From assembly GCA_047638395.1 (NCBI GenBank), contig JBLIMV010000006.1, positions 58,683 through 122,682 on the forward strand: a DNA stretch of 64,000 bases. Reading direction: 5' to 3'. The position numbers and the translations under genes were made by a program. Of the stretch, positions 9,900-19,510 are shown piece by piece (the first letter of the stretch is position 1; the number at the start of each line of letters is the position of its first letter). The notes beneath the pieces are model-generated. The model was given only the letters and a program-made list of their open reading frames with translations, searched no databases and was not told where the DNA came from. The stretch comes from Paracoccaceae bacterium (GTDB lineage: Bacteria > Pseudomonadota > Alphaproteobacteria > MPNO01 > UBA830).

Positions 9900-11021
9900 A
9901 TGGCGAGTGCAAAGGGTCTTAAAGAGGTCGGTTATTTCGATTGCGCCGGGGGCGGACAGATCCGTGTCGACGGCACGACCGCCTATATCGGTCACATGGC
10001 CAACCCTTTCGGGACCAGTATCGTTGACGTCGCCGACCCGAAAAATCCAAAGCTGCTGTCCCACATTGAAATGCCGGAAGGCACGCATTCGCACAAAGTG
10101 CATGCGCAGGGCGACCTCATGGTGCGCAATCATGAACTCATCGGTCCCGGCAAGCCCGACGATTTCCACACCGGTGTCGGTGTCTATGATGTATCGGACA
10201 AGACAAACCCGAAACTGTTATCCACGTGGGATACGGTAGGACGCGGCGTACACCGGTTCGATTTCGATGGCCGCTACATGTATTTCTCGTCAACGGTTGA
10301 AGGCTTTCGCGGGCCGATCATGGTCGTCCTCGACCTGAAAGACCCGTCAAACCCGGTAGAAGTCTGCAAATGGTGGATTCCGGGTCAGTGGGAAGCCGGC
10401 GGAGAGGAATACCCATGGGGCGACGGGCCCGAGCCGCGCTGCCATCATCCACTCCGCATGGGTAACCGGCTCTATATGAGCTACTGGCATCATGGGTTGT
10501 TCATTCTCGATATTGAGGTCCTTGCGAACCCGAAACTGATTTCGTCGTTCAACACGGGGCCGACCTTCCCGCATCCGACGCATACCGCCCTGCCGATGCC
10601 CTTTGATATCGACGGACACCGGCACATGATCGTCGCCGATGAGGATGTCGCAAAGCTGCGCCCGCACGCGCCGGCGTTTATGTGGATATTCGACATCACG
10701 GACGAGACCAACCCGATCCCGATCTCGTCCTGGCAGGTCAACGGCCTCGACCTTATCGGCGAGCCGCAAGGCCAGTTCACCGGGTGTCACCAGCCCAGCG
10801 AAATCGTCACCAGCACGGTCATCCCGTTCGCCTGGTTCGCCCGCGGCATCCGTCTGATCGATATCGCCAATCCACACGCGCCGGAGGAAGTTGGGCATTT
10901 CGAGCCCGATCCTCAACCCGGTTGTGACCGCATCTGCGCGAATGACATTACCGTCGATGATCGTGGACTGATCTACGTGATAGACCGCCTGCGCGGCTTT
11001 CATATCGTCGAAAAGGCCTAA
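9900..11021 (+). CDS. LVIVD-repeat beta-propeller protein, His-rich
   Basis: Repeated SIVDVADPKNP / VYDVSDKTNP / VLDLKDPSNP / IFDITDETNP / LIDIANPHAP blades; ATG at 9900 after GGGGAG. Confidence 0.85.
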   Translation: MASAKGLKEVGYFDCAGGGQIRVDGTTAYIGHMANPFGTSIVDVADPKNPKLLSHIEMPEGTHSHKVHAQGDLMVRNHELIGPGKPDDFHTGVGVYDVSDKTNPKLLSTWDTVGRGVHRFDFDGRYMYFSSTVEGFRGPIMVVLDLKDPSNPVEVCKWWIPGQWEAGGEEYPWGDGPEPRCHHPLRMGNRLYMSYWHHGLFILDIEVLANPKLISSFNTGPTFPHPTHTALPMPFDIDGHRHMIVADEDVAKLRPHAPAFMWIFDITDETNPIPISSWQVNGLDLIGEPQGQFTGCHQPSEIVTSTVIPFAWFARGIRLIDIANPHAPEEVGHFEPDPQPGCDRICANDITVDDRGLIYVIDRLRGFHIVEKA

Positions 11022-11228
11022 CCCAAGAGATATTTCGTTCTGAATAGCGTCTGGAAAGGCATCGCCACCGCAGACGTGGCGATAATGTGAAGTCATGCGC
11101 GGCGTTCAGCTGCGACATCCTGTCGCCCGCATACCTTCGCATGTCAGTTATGCGCATTCCCGATGTTCCGGAGGCGTAATTGAATGCTAGGCTATCTATT
11201 GAAATCTTCACATTGAGGGAGCGGAACC

Positions 11229-12386
11229 ATGGCGACATCAACCGATGACACGATGAAACGTGGCGCAAACCGCGAAGCACTTCTCGACGCGGTTTACGAC
11301 AAGCTCGATACGCTCGACATGGCGCCTTACTGGGCGGTAAATCCAGACGAAAGCCAGAACGACGAGGACGGCCAGGTCCTGAAGGGCAAAAAGGCCGTGC
11401 CCTTTATGTGGAAATATTCAGATATTGAGCCGCTGCTCTACGAGGCTGCCGAACTGGTCACGATGGAGGATTCAGAACGCCGGTCTATTGTCCTCGTAAA
11501 CCCGGGACTAGCCCCGGTACGCGCGACAGTCTCGACGCTGTATACGGCGTTCCGCCTCAACGATCCGCGCGAAATAATGCCGCCGCACAGCCATTCGATT
11601 AACGCCGTGCGTATCGGCCTGACCGGCGACCAGAACTTTACCGGTGTTGAAGGCGAAGCGATCACATTCGGGCCGGGAGACGTCGTGCTGACCCCGGCGG
11701 GAGCCTGGCACAATCACGGCAACCATGGCGACGATTACGCCGTCAATGTCAGTATTCTGGACCTGCCTTTGACCGAGGTACTGAACGCCGCCTCCTTCGA
11801 ACACGATTACAAGGAAGAGGTAGACGGCCAGATGGTTTCGCGCCGCGAACAGACCGCACGCTATTCCGACGACCATTCCCATAAAACATACGGGTTTGGC
11901 GGGCTACGGCCGCGCTTTCTCGACCATCGCCGCGGCACCGGCGTGCATTCACCGATGTATGTTTACCGATGGAACAAAACCCGCGAACTGCTGGAGAACT
12001 TCCGCGACCATGAGGGCAGCCCGTGGGATGCGATCCTGGTCGAATACACGGATCCGATCAACGGCCGAACTGCCTACCCCACGATGACATTTTTCGGCCA
12101 GATGCTGCGCCCGGGGGAACGCACCCTGCCCCAGCAGCAGAATGCGAGCCAGGTGGTGATTCCTTTTCACGGCAACGGGCACAGTATCGTTGGCGGCAAG
12201 CGTTTCGACTGGTCACCGTTCGATGCGATCGCGATCCCGGGTGGAGAATGGTATGAGCATGTAAACGGCTCAGACAGCGAGGAAGCGACGCTGTTCTCGG
12301 CCAGCGATGAGCCGGTCCTGAAAGCTCTTGGCTTCTACAAACGCCATGGCAAAACCGAAAGCGGCGAGATCATTCTGCTCGATTAG
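11229..12386 (+). CDS. Gentisate 1,2-dioxygenase-like bicupin
   Basis: ERRSIVLVNPGL, PPHSHS, GDVVLTPAGAWHNHGN, second cupin domain. Confidence 0.8.
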   Translation: MATSTDDTMKRGANREALLDAVYDKLDTLDMAPYWAVNPDESQNDEDGQVLKGKKAVPFMWKYSDIEPLLYEAAELVTMEDSERRSIVLVNPGLAPVRATVSTLYTAFRLNDPREIMPPHSHSINAVRIGLTGDQNFTGVEGEAITFGPGDVVLTPAGAWHNHGNHGDDYAVNVSILDLPLTEVLNAASFEHDYKEEVDGQMVSRREQTARYSDDHSHKTYGFGGLRPRFLDHRRGTGVHSPMYVYRWNKTRELLENFRDHEGSPWDAILVEYTDPINGRTAYPTMTFFGQMLRPGERTLPQQQNASQVVIPFHGNGHSIVGGKRFDWSPFDAIAIPGGEWYEHVNGSDSEEATLFSASDEPVLKALGFYKRHGKTESGEIILLD

Positions 12387-12410
12387 AGAATTCGTCCGGT
12401 CTTCCCTGAA

Positions 12411-12436
12411 CCGGTCATCCCCGCGGGGGTGACCGG
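12411..12436. terminator. GC-rich hairpin between convergent genes
   Basis: ccggtcatcccc-gc-gggggtgaccgg inverted repeat; no clear U-tract. Confidence 0.5.
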
Positions 12437-12461
12437 CGAGGATCGGCCCATCTGCGGCCCG

Positions 12462-13040
12462 TCAGCCAGCTTCGGGACGGTTCATGCCGGCCGTCAACGG
12501 TTCCGGGATGTCGATATCTTCGTCATCCGGGCGCACCGTGGAGAGCGGGTTTTCAAAATCATCATTCAGCGGATCGACAGCGGTGTCGTCAGCAACTTCT
12601 GAACGATGCCCAACTTCCGGTGCCTGCTGAATAGTCGCACCGGGTTCTTCAGCCGCATCAACTTCCCGCGGATAATTGTCGGTGGCAGGTTCTGCAGCAG
12701 CAACAGGCGCCGACACCACCACAGGAGCAGGAACAACCGGATTACCGGACGGTTCGAATTGGGCGACTTTCGGTTCTGAATCACGCCACGTCGTCGTGCG
12801 CGCGACATATAAATCATAGTCCGCCTGCAGCCGCAGCCAGAGTTCCGCCGTCGTGCCGAAATACTTTGCAAACCGCAACGCCGTATCCGGCGTCACGCCA
12901 CGCTTGCCGGCGACGATATCACTGATCCGGCCGACGGGTACGTCGATATCACGGGCAAGTTTGTTCCGGCTTACGCCAAGCGGCGTCATCACCTGGTCGA
13001 ACAGGATTTTTCCGGGGTGTTTCGGTGTTGTATCAGTCAT
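12462..13040 (-). CDS. higA: HigA family antitoxin/HTH regulator with long acidic C-terminal extension
   Basis: PKHPGKIL...LGVSRNKLARDIDVPVGRISDIVAGKRGVTPDTALRFAKYFGTTAELWLRLQADYDL; ~100 aa Pro/Asp/Glu-rich tail. Confidence 0.85.
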   Translation of the reverse strand: MTDTTPKHPGKILFDQVMTPLGVSRNKLARDIDVPVGRISDIVAGKRGVTPDTALRFAKYFGTTAELWLRLQADYDLYVARTTTWRDSEPKVAQFEPSGNPVVPAPVVVSAPVAAAEPATDNYPREVDAAEEPGATIQQAPEVGHRSEVADDTAVDPLNDDFENPLSTVRPDDEDIDIPEPLTAGMNRPEAG

Positions 13041-13171
13041 CAATGGCAACCGTATTCCGCAAAACGGTATAGATCACGGGCTTTGCAACGTGGAAAGTAT
13101 AGGGAAAATGGGACACAAAGGGAAGCACCAAGCATTTCAGACTCTTCTGGCTGTTCTTATACCGTTTTCCG

Positions 13172-13567
13172 TCATGCTGCTTTGCGGAATGGCCAGACAC
13201 CCTTACGGCTGCCGTCGGGGCCGCAAAGCCCGAGGTCTGCCCGCAGATCCACGGCGAGACGTGACTCGATTGAGCTCAGGAAGAACCGGATCGATTCTTC
13301 GCGTTTAATGTTCTCATGACGCTGTGCTTCGAACAGGTCCGCCATATCCGCCAGCACCTGTTTATAGGCGTCGACGAGCAACCCGCCTTTTCTCTCACGC
13401 GCGACAAACATCTCGCGCATCTCGTGAAATTCGTGGCGCATTTCCTGCAGCGCGGTCTCAACAGAGGACAACCCGTCAGCAACCGGATCTCCATCCGGAG
13501 TCCTTAAGGTGCCCGGAAGTTTGCTTTCGACCAGTTCACGCGGATCGAACCGTTTTGCTGCAGCCAT
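13172..13567 (-). CDS. Hypothetical coiled-coil protein
   Basis: Helical heptad-like segment (VETALQEMRHEFHEMREMF); C-terminal RKGVWPFRKAA. Confidence 0.6.
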   Translation of the reverse strand: MAAAKRFDPRELVESKLPGTLRTPDGDPVADGLSSVETALQEMRHEFHEMREMFVARERKGGLLVDAYKQVLADMADLFEAQRHENIKREESIRFFLSSIESRLAVDLRADLGLCGPDGSRKGVWPFRKAA

Positions 13568-13742
13568 TTTACTATCACCCAATCTGGTTTTCGTGCCCGA
13601 GATCGGTTCCCCCCGACCCGGCTAGAGGCCAATCATTTACCAATAGTAGTAAACGAGGAGTAAACGCCGGTAATTTTTTGGCGCCGCAAACCCTCCCGAA
13701 CCGGCACCTGATAGGCGACAGAGCACATCGCCTGTTCCGCGC

Positions 13743-13757
13743 TTAACCCAAACTTAA
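13743..13757. promoter_or_regulatory. CtrA box (perfect TTAA-N7-TTAA)
   Basis: ttaa-cccaaac-ttaa upstream of the first gene of the glycan cluster. Confidence 0.7.
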
Positions 13758-13816
13758 TCTTAATTCGAGACGCTACCGCTCAGATAATTTGTTTAGGCCC
13801 AACGGGGGGAAATGCG

Positions 13817-14878
13817 TTGCGCGGTAATTGGCACGGCAAAACTGTTATGATTACGGGTGTGTGCGGCACGGTTGGGGGCGAACTGCTCAGGCAGATTTCA
13901 GCTCTTTCACCCGCCGAGATCGTTGGTATTGATAACAACGAAAGCGATCTTTTCTTCCTCCGGGAGGAATATGCGGCACATCATTCGGTGCAGCTCACTA
14001 TCGGCGATATCCGGGACCGGGAAACCCTGACCGAAAAGATGCGTGGAATCGATATTGTGCTCCATGCCGCCGCCCTGAAACACGTTTTCCTGTGCGAGCA
14101 ATCGCCGCGTGATGCGGTACAGACCAACATCCACGGCACACAGAACGTGATCGATGCGGCCATCGCCAACGGCGTACAGCGCGTCCTGTTCACGTCTTCG
14201 GACAAGGCCGTTAACCCGACCAATGTTATGGGCACATCCAAGCTGATGGCCGAACGCCTGATGTCGGCCGCCAACGCGGAACGCCGCTCGGACGGCCCGA
14301 TCTTTGCATCGACCCGGTTCGGCAACGTGCTCGGATCGCGCGGATCCGTGATCCCGCTCTTCGAACGCCAGATCACAGCCGGCGGCCCGATCACGATCAC
14401 GGATGACGAGATGTCACGATTTATCATGACGCTGGAAGAAGCCGTCCGCCTGGTGATCGGCTCGACCTTCCTCGCACGTGGCGGCGAAGTGTTCGTGACC
14501 AAGATGCCCGTCCTTCGTATCGCCGATCTCGCCTGGTCGATGGTTCAGGACCTCGCACCGGTTCACGGCTTCAAACCTGACGATATCGGCATAGACATCG
14601 TCGGCAGCAGGCCGGGTGAAAAGCTTTACGAAGAACTTCTGAACGACGAGGAAACCCGCCGGACCGTGGAGACCGACGAGTATTTCATCATCCTGCCGGC
14701 GCTGAAGCCGCATTACGAGATCGTGCAATACGCCTATGTCGGGATGCGCGATAGCAAAGTGGACGAGCCATACAATTCCGCGCTCGCCCCGACGATGACG
14801 CGCGAGGAGGTCCGCGATTACCTCCGTCGCAATGAACTAATCCGTTTCTTGAAAGAGGACGAACTGCAATGCGCATAA
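13817..14878 (+). CDS. Short CapD/PseB/FnlA-type UDP-sugar 4,6-dehydratase
   Basis: ITGVCGTVG, HAAALKHV, SSDKAVNPTNVMGTSK, TRFGNVLGSRGSVIP, RPGEKLYEEL. Confidence 0.92.
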   Translation: MRGNWHGKTVMITGVCGTVGGELLRQISALSPAEIVGIDNNESDLFFLREEYAAHHSVQLTIGDIRDRETLTEKMRGIDIVLHAAALKHVFLCEQSPRDAVQTNIHGTQNVIDAAIANGVQRVLFTSSDKAVNPTNVMGTSKLMAERLMSAANAERRSDGPIFASTRFGNVLGSRGSVIPLFERQITAGGPITITDDEMSRFIMTLEEAVRLVIGSTFLARGGEVFVTKMPVLRIADLAWSMVQDLAPVHGFKPDDIGIDIVGSRPGEKLYEELLNDEETRRTVETDEYFIILPALKPHYEIVQYAYVGMRDSKVDEPYNSALAPTMTREEVRDYLRRNELIRFLKEDELQCA

Positions 14879-16023
14879 TTATACTTGGCGGCGACGGCTA
14901 TCTCGGCTGGCCCACTTCAATGGATATGGCTGCCGCTGGTCACGAGGTATGGGCGGTCGATAATTACATGCGCCGTAATATCGCGCAGGAAACGCAGTCC
15001 GAAGCGCTGCTGCCGACACCAAACCTGCACGAGCGCGCGGATATCTTCGAAGCCGCCACGGGTAAGAAGATCAATGTGGTCATCGGTGACTGCACCGATT
15101 TCCGCATGATGTCGGATCTGTTTGAAAAAGTGCAGCCGGAAGCCGTCATCCACTACGCCGAACAGCCATCCGCTCCCTATTCGATGATGGGGTATGAACA
15201 GGCGCGACGCACGCTGGACAACAACCTTCAGGCCACCTTCAACACTGTCTGGGCCGTGCTTGAGCATGCGCCGGACTGCCATATCATAAAGCTCGGTACG
15301 ATGGGCGAATATGGCACCCCGAATATCGATATCGAAGAAGGCTGGATCGACATCGAGCATAAGGGCCGAAAAGACAAATTCCTGTATCCCCGTGCCGCCG
15401 GATCGCTCTATCACACCACCAAAGTGCTCGATACCGACCTGTTGTGGTTCTATGTCCGGACTTACGGCATTCGCGCGACCGATCTGATGCAGGGGCCGGT
15501 ATACGGTCTGCACACAGATCAGACCGCCATCGACGAGCGGCTGATGCCGAACTTCCATTATGACGACATCTTCGGCACCGTTCTGAACCGGTTCCTCGTC
15601 CAGGCCGTCGCGGGCGTGCCGCTGACAGTCTATGGCAAGGGTGGCCAAACCCGTGGCTACCTGAACCTCAAAGACACGCTGCAATGCGTCGAACTGGCGA
15701 TGAACAGCCCGGTCGAGCAAGGCGATTTGCGTATCCTCAACCAGTTCACAGAACAGTTCTCGGTAAACGAACTTGCGGAGAAAATCACCCGCGTCGGCAA
15801 TGCTAACGGACTGAACGTCGAGATGAAGAACATCGAAAACCCCCGCAAGGAACGCGAGGAACACTATTACAATCCAGCCCATTCGGGCCTGACGGAGCTG
15901 GGGCTGAAACCTCACCACCTGACAGACGACGTCGTCGTCGACATGCTGGAGACCGTCAAACGCTATAGCAACCGGATCGATACGCGCAAAGTTATGCCCC
16001 GCGTCAATTGGAAGGCTGCCTGA
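14869..16023 (+). CDS. sqdB: UDP-sulfoquinovose synthase (SqdB/SQD1/Agl3 family)
   Basis: GGDGYLGWPT, HYAEQPSAPYSM, KLGTMGEYGTPNIDIEEG, YHTTKV, ATDLMQGPVYG, FGTVLNRF, PLTVYGKGGQTRG, ENPRKEREEHYY match SQD1-family signatures. Confidence 0.9.
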   Translation: MRIIILGGDGYLGWPTSMDMAAAGHEVWAVDNYMRRNIAQETQSEALLPTPNLHERADIFEAATGKKINVVIGDCTDFRMMSDLFEKVQPEAVIHYAEQPSAPYSMMGYEQARRTLDNNLQATFNTVWAVLEHAPDCHIIKLGTMGEYGTPNIDIEEGWIDIEHKGRKDKFLYPRAAGSLYHTTKVLDTDLLWFYVRTYGIRATDLMQGPVYGLHTDQTAIDERLMPNFHYDDIFGTVLNRFLVQAVAGVPLTVYGKGGQTRGYLNLKDTLQCVELAMNSPVEQGDLRILNQFTEQFSVNELAEKITRVGNANGLNVEMKNIENPRKEREEHYYNPAHSGLTELGLKPHHLTDDVVVDMLETVKRYSNRIDTRKVMPRVNWKAA

Positions 16024-17036
16024 TGCGCTGGCTCGTCACAGGTGGTTGTGGGTTTATCGGCACCAGCCTGATCCGCGAACTCGTTGCTGAAGGCGGACAC
16101 ACGATCCGGGTTCTCGACAATCTGACGGTCGGCACGCGTGCAGATCTGTCCGAAATCACCGGCTACCGCGAAACACCGCCGGGCGATGCACGGGCGATGA
16201 CGGATACTTTCGCGTCGGGAACTGTGGAGCTTATCGAAGGCGACATTCGGGACTCGGCAATGTGCCTGCGGGTGGCCGAAGGCGCAGAAGCGATCATTCA
16301 CCTCGCAGCGTCGACAGGCGTTGAGCCATCGGTGCTGGAACCCCGCTTCGACTGCGAATCAAATATCATCGGCACCCTTAACATGCTCGAAGCGGCCCGC
16401 CATGGCGGTGCAGACAGGTTTGTGTTTGCGTCATCCGGCGCACCGATCGGCGAATGCGAACCACCGATCCACGAAGAAATGGCGGCACATCCCGTCTCGC
16501 CCTACGGCGCCAGCAAACTTGCAGGCGAAGGATATTGCTCAGCCTATTTCCGGAGTTTTTCAGTGGAAACCGTCGCACTTCGGTTCGGCAATGTTTACGG
16601 GCCAGGATCGGGTCATAAATCGAGCGTGGTTGCCAAGTTCATTCAGAATGCGATGAAGGGACATAAGCTCGAAATTTATGGTAACGGCCGACAAACGCGC
16701 GATTTTATATACATCGGCGACCTCGTTCGCGCTGTGCGCAATGCTGCGACGAAGCCCAATATCGGCGGCGAGATCTTTCAGGTCGCGACAAATGCCGAGA
16801 CTACTGTCGGCGAGCTGGTCGATATCCTGGTCCCGGTGATGAAGCATGCTGGTATCGGCAATGCCGAGGTCATCCACGGCGAGGCGCGCACAGGCGATGT
16901 CATGCGCAATTTCTCCGACACGTCAAAGGCCGCGCGCGACCTCGACTGGAAAGCCGAAATCGATCTGCCGACCGGGCTTGGCCGAACCGTTCGCTGGTTC
17001 GTCGAGCGGGCAGAAAAGCAGTCGGCAGCAGCATGA
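16023..17036 (+). CDS. NAD-dependent epimerase/dehydratase (GalE-like)
   Basis: TGGCGFIG, SPYGASKLAGE (YxxxK), LRFGNVYGP, QTRDFIY; ATG overlaps the upstream TGA. Confidence 0.92.
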   Translation: MRWLVTGGCGFIGTSLIRELVAEGGHTIRVLDNLTVGTRADLSEITGYRETPPGDARAMTDTFASGTVELIEGDIRDSAMCLRVAEGAEAIIHLAASTGVEPSVLEPRFDCESNIIGTLNMLEAARHGGADRFVFASSGAPIGECEPPIHEEMAAHPVSPYGASKLAGEGYCSAYFRSFSVETVALRFGNVYGPGSGHKSSVVAKFIQNAMKGHKLEIYGNGRQTRDFIYIGDLVRAVRNAATKPNIGGEIFQVATNAETTVGELVDILVPVMKHAGIGNAEVIHGEARTGDVMRNFSDTSKAARDLDWKAEIDLPTGLGRTVRWFVERAEKQSAAA

Positions 17037-17129
17037 CCTTGAAACTTAACCCGATACAGGCCGGCGGCGCTTTTTCCGCGGGCACACCCGCATTTCGCGG
17101 CGTGAAGGCATAGTCGGAGACCCGGTCGA

Positions 17130-18623
17130 ATGACATCGATTCCGGCAATTGTATCGATCGACACCAAGGGCGAGCAGCAGGCTTCCTGGATTATCCTTTT
17201 TCTTGGGATTCTGTGTAGTACGGCGCTTGTCGTGTTCTCATCTGACGACATCGGCCTCAAGATCGCGGCGATGTTCGTCCTGTGCGGTGCAGCAAGTGCC
17301 GCGGTCAAGTTCGACATCGCCCACCCGTTCGTCTGGTTTGCCGGCGCCTTCACCTTGTACTCAATAAGTGGTCCGCTGCTCTTTCACATGGGCGTTCATC
17401 CTTATACCACGTGGGGCGGCTACCGGATCGAAGAGCTCAATTTTGCGTCGGCAATGGACTATCAGTTCTTCGCGCTACTTATCGCCCTCCTGGTTATCGG
17501 GCCCCGACGGGTGACCTTCGCCCATGCCATGACGACCCATGCATCGAGCGCGCTTTTTCGCGGCTCATTGCCTATTCTTGTTGCAGCAAGCGTCATCGGA
17601 CTCGTTAATATCTTTCAGATCCTGTCGCAGGATTTTTCGAGCAAAGGCGACGTCGTGCTGTCCGGTGACTGGACGACCCGCCTGAGCTTCGCGTTCAACA
17701 TTGCAGCCACCGCGCTTGGCGTGTTTCTCGCCAAACTGTTTTCCGAAGGCCGGCCGATGGCCGCCTATACCACGCTGATCATCGTGATCATGGTTGGCAT
17801 TGCGATGGTTCTGCTTATCGGCCAGCGGCATTTTCTGTTTCGCGCCGGGCTTGTCAGTATACTGGTCTTTCATGTTTTCCATCAGCGGATATCTATCCGC
17901 TCGCTGCTTCTCCTGGCTGGATTCGCGCTGACGCTTTCGTCAATTCTCGGCGGGTACAAGATGAGCCTGGTGGTGCAGGATCTCGCACCCGCCGGTAACG
18001 CCTCCCTGTGGGAGCAGACGCGCCTTGCGATTTCACTCAAGAATCCCGAATTCCTGAACAACTCGGAATTCCTGCAATACGTGAAAGTCGCTCTTGCCGC
18101 CGCCCTGGGCAGCGAAGCGATGACCCCGGGCAACAATATGGCAATGCTGCTCGCGCGGGTTCCACAGGACCTTCCCTACTTCTTCGGCGCCACGCTTCCG
18201 GGCGATTTACTTAGGTCAATTCTGCCGGGGTTTATTATTCAGCCCTATGTCGAAACAACCAGTGTCGTATATAATCGCCTGGTTTTTCCCAGCACGGTTG
18301 CGGCCGGCGGCGGCGTCGGGTTTACGATCGCCGGGTATGGTTATCTGCATTTCGGGAAACTCGGCCTTATCGCGATAATGCTCCTGATCGGCGCAACTCT
18401 GCGGCAAATTTACCACTGGGCTTCACGATCTTCGACCGGATTGATGTTCTATATCGGGTTCTTTCCGGTCGCCGTCTACGTCGCACGAAACGACATCACC
18501 GGGCCGCTTTCGCAAGGCCTCAAACATGTATTGCTGCCACTCGTCGCGATGACGGTCGTCGCCCATTTCATGGGTGGTCGCCCAATCCAAAAACCCCCGG
18601 AAATTGGCGGGACCACACGATGA
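17130..18623 (+). CDS. wzy: Wzy-type polysaccharide polymerase (multi-TM)
   Basis: About 11-12 hydrophobic segments, large loop, GGGVGFTIAGYGYLHFGKLG motif, cluster context. Confidence 0.7.
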   Translation: MTSIPAIVSIDTKGEQQASWIILFLGILCSTALVVFSSDDIGLKIAAMFVLCGAASAAVKFDIAHPFVWFAGAFTLYSISGPLLFHMGVHPYTTWGGYRIEELNFASAMDYQFFALLIALLVIGPRRVTFAHAMTTHASSALFRGSLPILVAASVIGLVNIFQILSQDFSSKGDVVLSGDWTTRLSFAFNIAATALGVFLAKLFSEGRPMAAYTTLIIVIMVGIAMVLLIGQRHFLFRAGLVSILVFHVFHQRISIRSLLLLAGFALTLSSILGGYKMSLVVQDLAPAGNASLWEQTRLAISLKNPEFLNNSEFLQYVKVALAAALGSEAMTPGNNMAMLLARVPQDLPYFFGATLPGDLLRSILPGFIIQPYVETTSVVYNRLVFPSTVAAGGGVGFTIAGYGYLHFGKLGLIAIMLLIGATLRQIYHWASRSSTGLMFYIGFFPVAVYVARNDITGPLSQGLKHVLLPLVAMTVVAHFMGGRPIQKPPEIGGTTR

Positions 18624-18672
18624 AAGTGCACTCGCAGAAAAATGCAGCACCGCTTACCGGCCACCGAAAAAC

Positions 18673-19356
18673 ATGGAAACTGCTATGACACCGACCTCTA
18701 TACTCCGCCAGATCTATGCTACATATGATTCTGGATATCAGCGCCGTAATGCGCTCTTCGCGATTCACCGGAAGATCATACAATCGCCACGCGTCACCCG
18801 GATGCTTTTTGGCATCGACGTCGACCGGACATTCGTCAAAAACGGCTTTTTCGATCTGACCACGCTGCTGCTTAAGTCCGAAATGCGGGCACGTCTGCGC
18901 GGTTTTTCCGATCCGAAACTGCTCGAAATTGGCGTTGGGCGTTTCGCCGTCCTGTCAGGATGTCTGTCAAACCACGTCAAACAGCGGATTGTCGCTTGCG
19001 ATTTTGATCCTATCGCGTACGAATCCGCGAAAGTTCACGTACACCGCAACGAGCTTGATATCGACGTTTTCCAGTCGGACGTATTCAGCGCAGTACCGGC
19101 CGGCAAGTACGATCTGATCTACTGGAATCTTCCCTACTACGACGACCCGGAACCCCTTCTGTCACGTCTGTTTGAAGCAGCTCCCGATCACCTGTCCGAA
19201 CGGGGGTCCATGACGCTTGGTTTTAATGGCAGGCCCCTGCCGGTCGCCACCGTGATCGATATTCTCGGACGATACCCCGGTCTCGAGGTCGAGAATGTGC
19301 GGAGCTACTGGTGGAACCTCCATGCGCTCGTTTCGATCAAACGCGCGTCGATCTGA
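18673..19356 (+). CDS. Class I SAM-dependent methyltransferase
   Basis: LLEIGVGRFA, VACDFD, SDVFS, YDLIYWNLPY; start uncertain (18673 or 18685). Confidence 0.75.
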   Translation: METAMTPTSILRQIYATYDSGYQRRNALFAIHRKIIQSPRVTRMLFGIDVDRTFVKNGFFDLTTLLLKSEMRARLRGFSDPKLLEIGVGRFAVLSGCLSNHVKQRIVACDFDPIAYESAKVHVHRNELDIDVFQSDVFSAVPAGKYDLIYWNLPYYDDPEPLLSRLFEAAPDHLSERGSMTLGFNGRPLPVATVIDILGRYPGLEVENVRSYWWNLHALVSIKRASI

Positions 19357-19375
19357 CGTGACACGGCAATGTTAC

Positions 19376-19390
19376 TTAACGCAAATTTAA
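19376..19390. promoter_or_regulatory. CtrA box (perfect)
   Basis: ttaa-cgcaaat-ttaa in AT-rich intergenic region. Confidence 0.7.
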
Positions 19391-19510
19391 ACCAATTGAT
19401 GAACTATTCGTTTCCACATCATGCACCTTTACCACCGCAAAATTGTCGCCAAATTGGCGAAAACCATCGACGACAATCTTTAGCCGGAAATTGAACAGGA
19501 CTTACCGGAC

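Noticed and set aside
7615-9912. 765-aa minus-strand ORF
   Set aside because: Antisense shadow of three well-supported plus-strand genes; no recognisable motifs; typical of high-GC codon bias.
14869-16023. Sulfolipid (SQDG) operon
   Set aside because: No adjacent sqdX/sqdD/sqdC; SQDG synthesis using genes elsewhere cannot be excluded.
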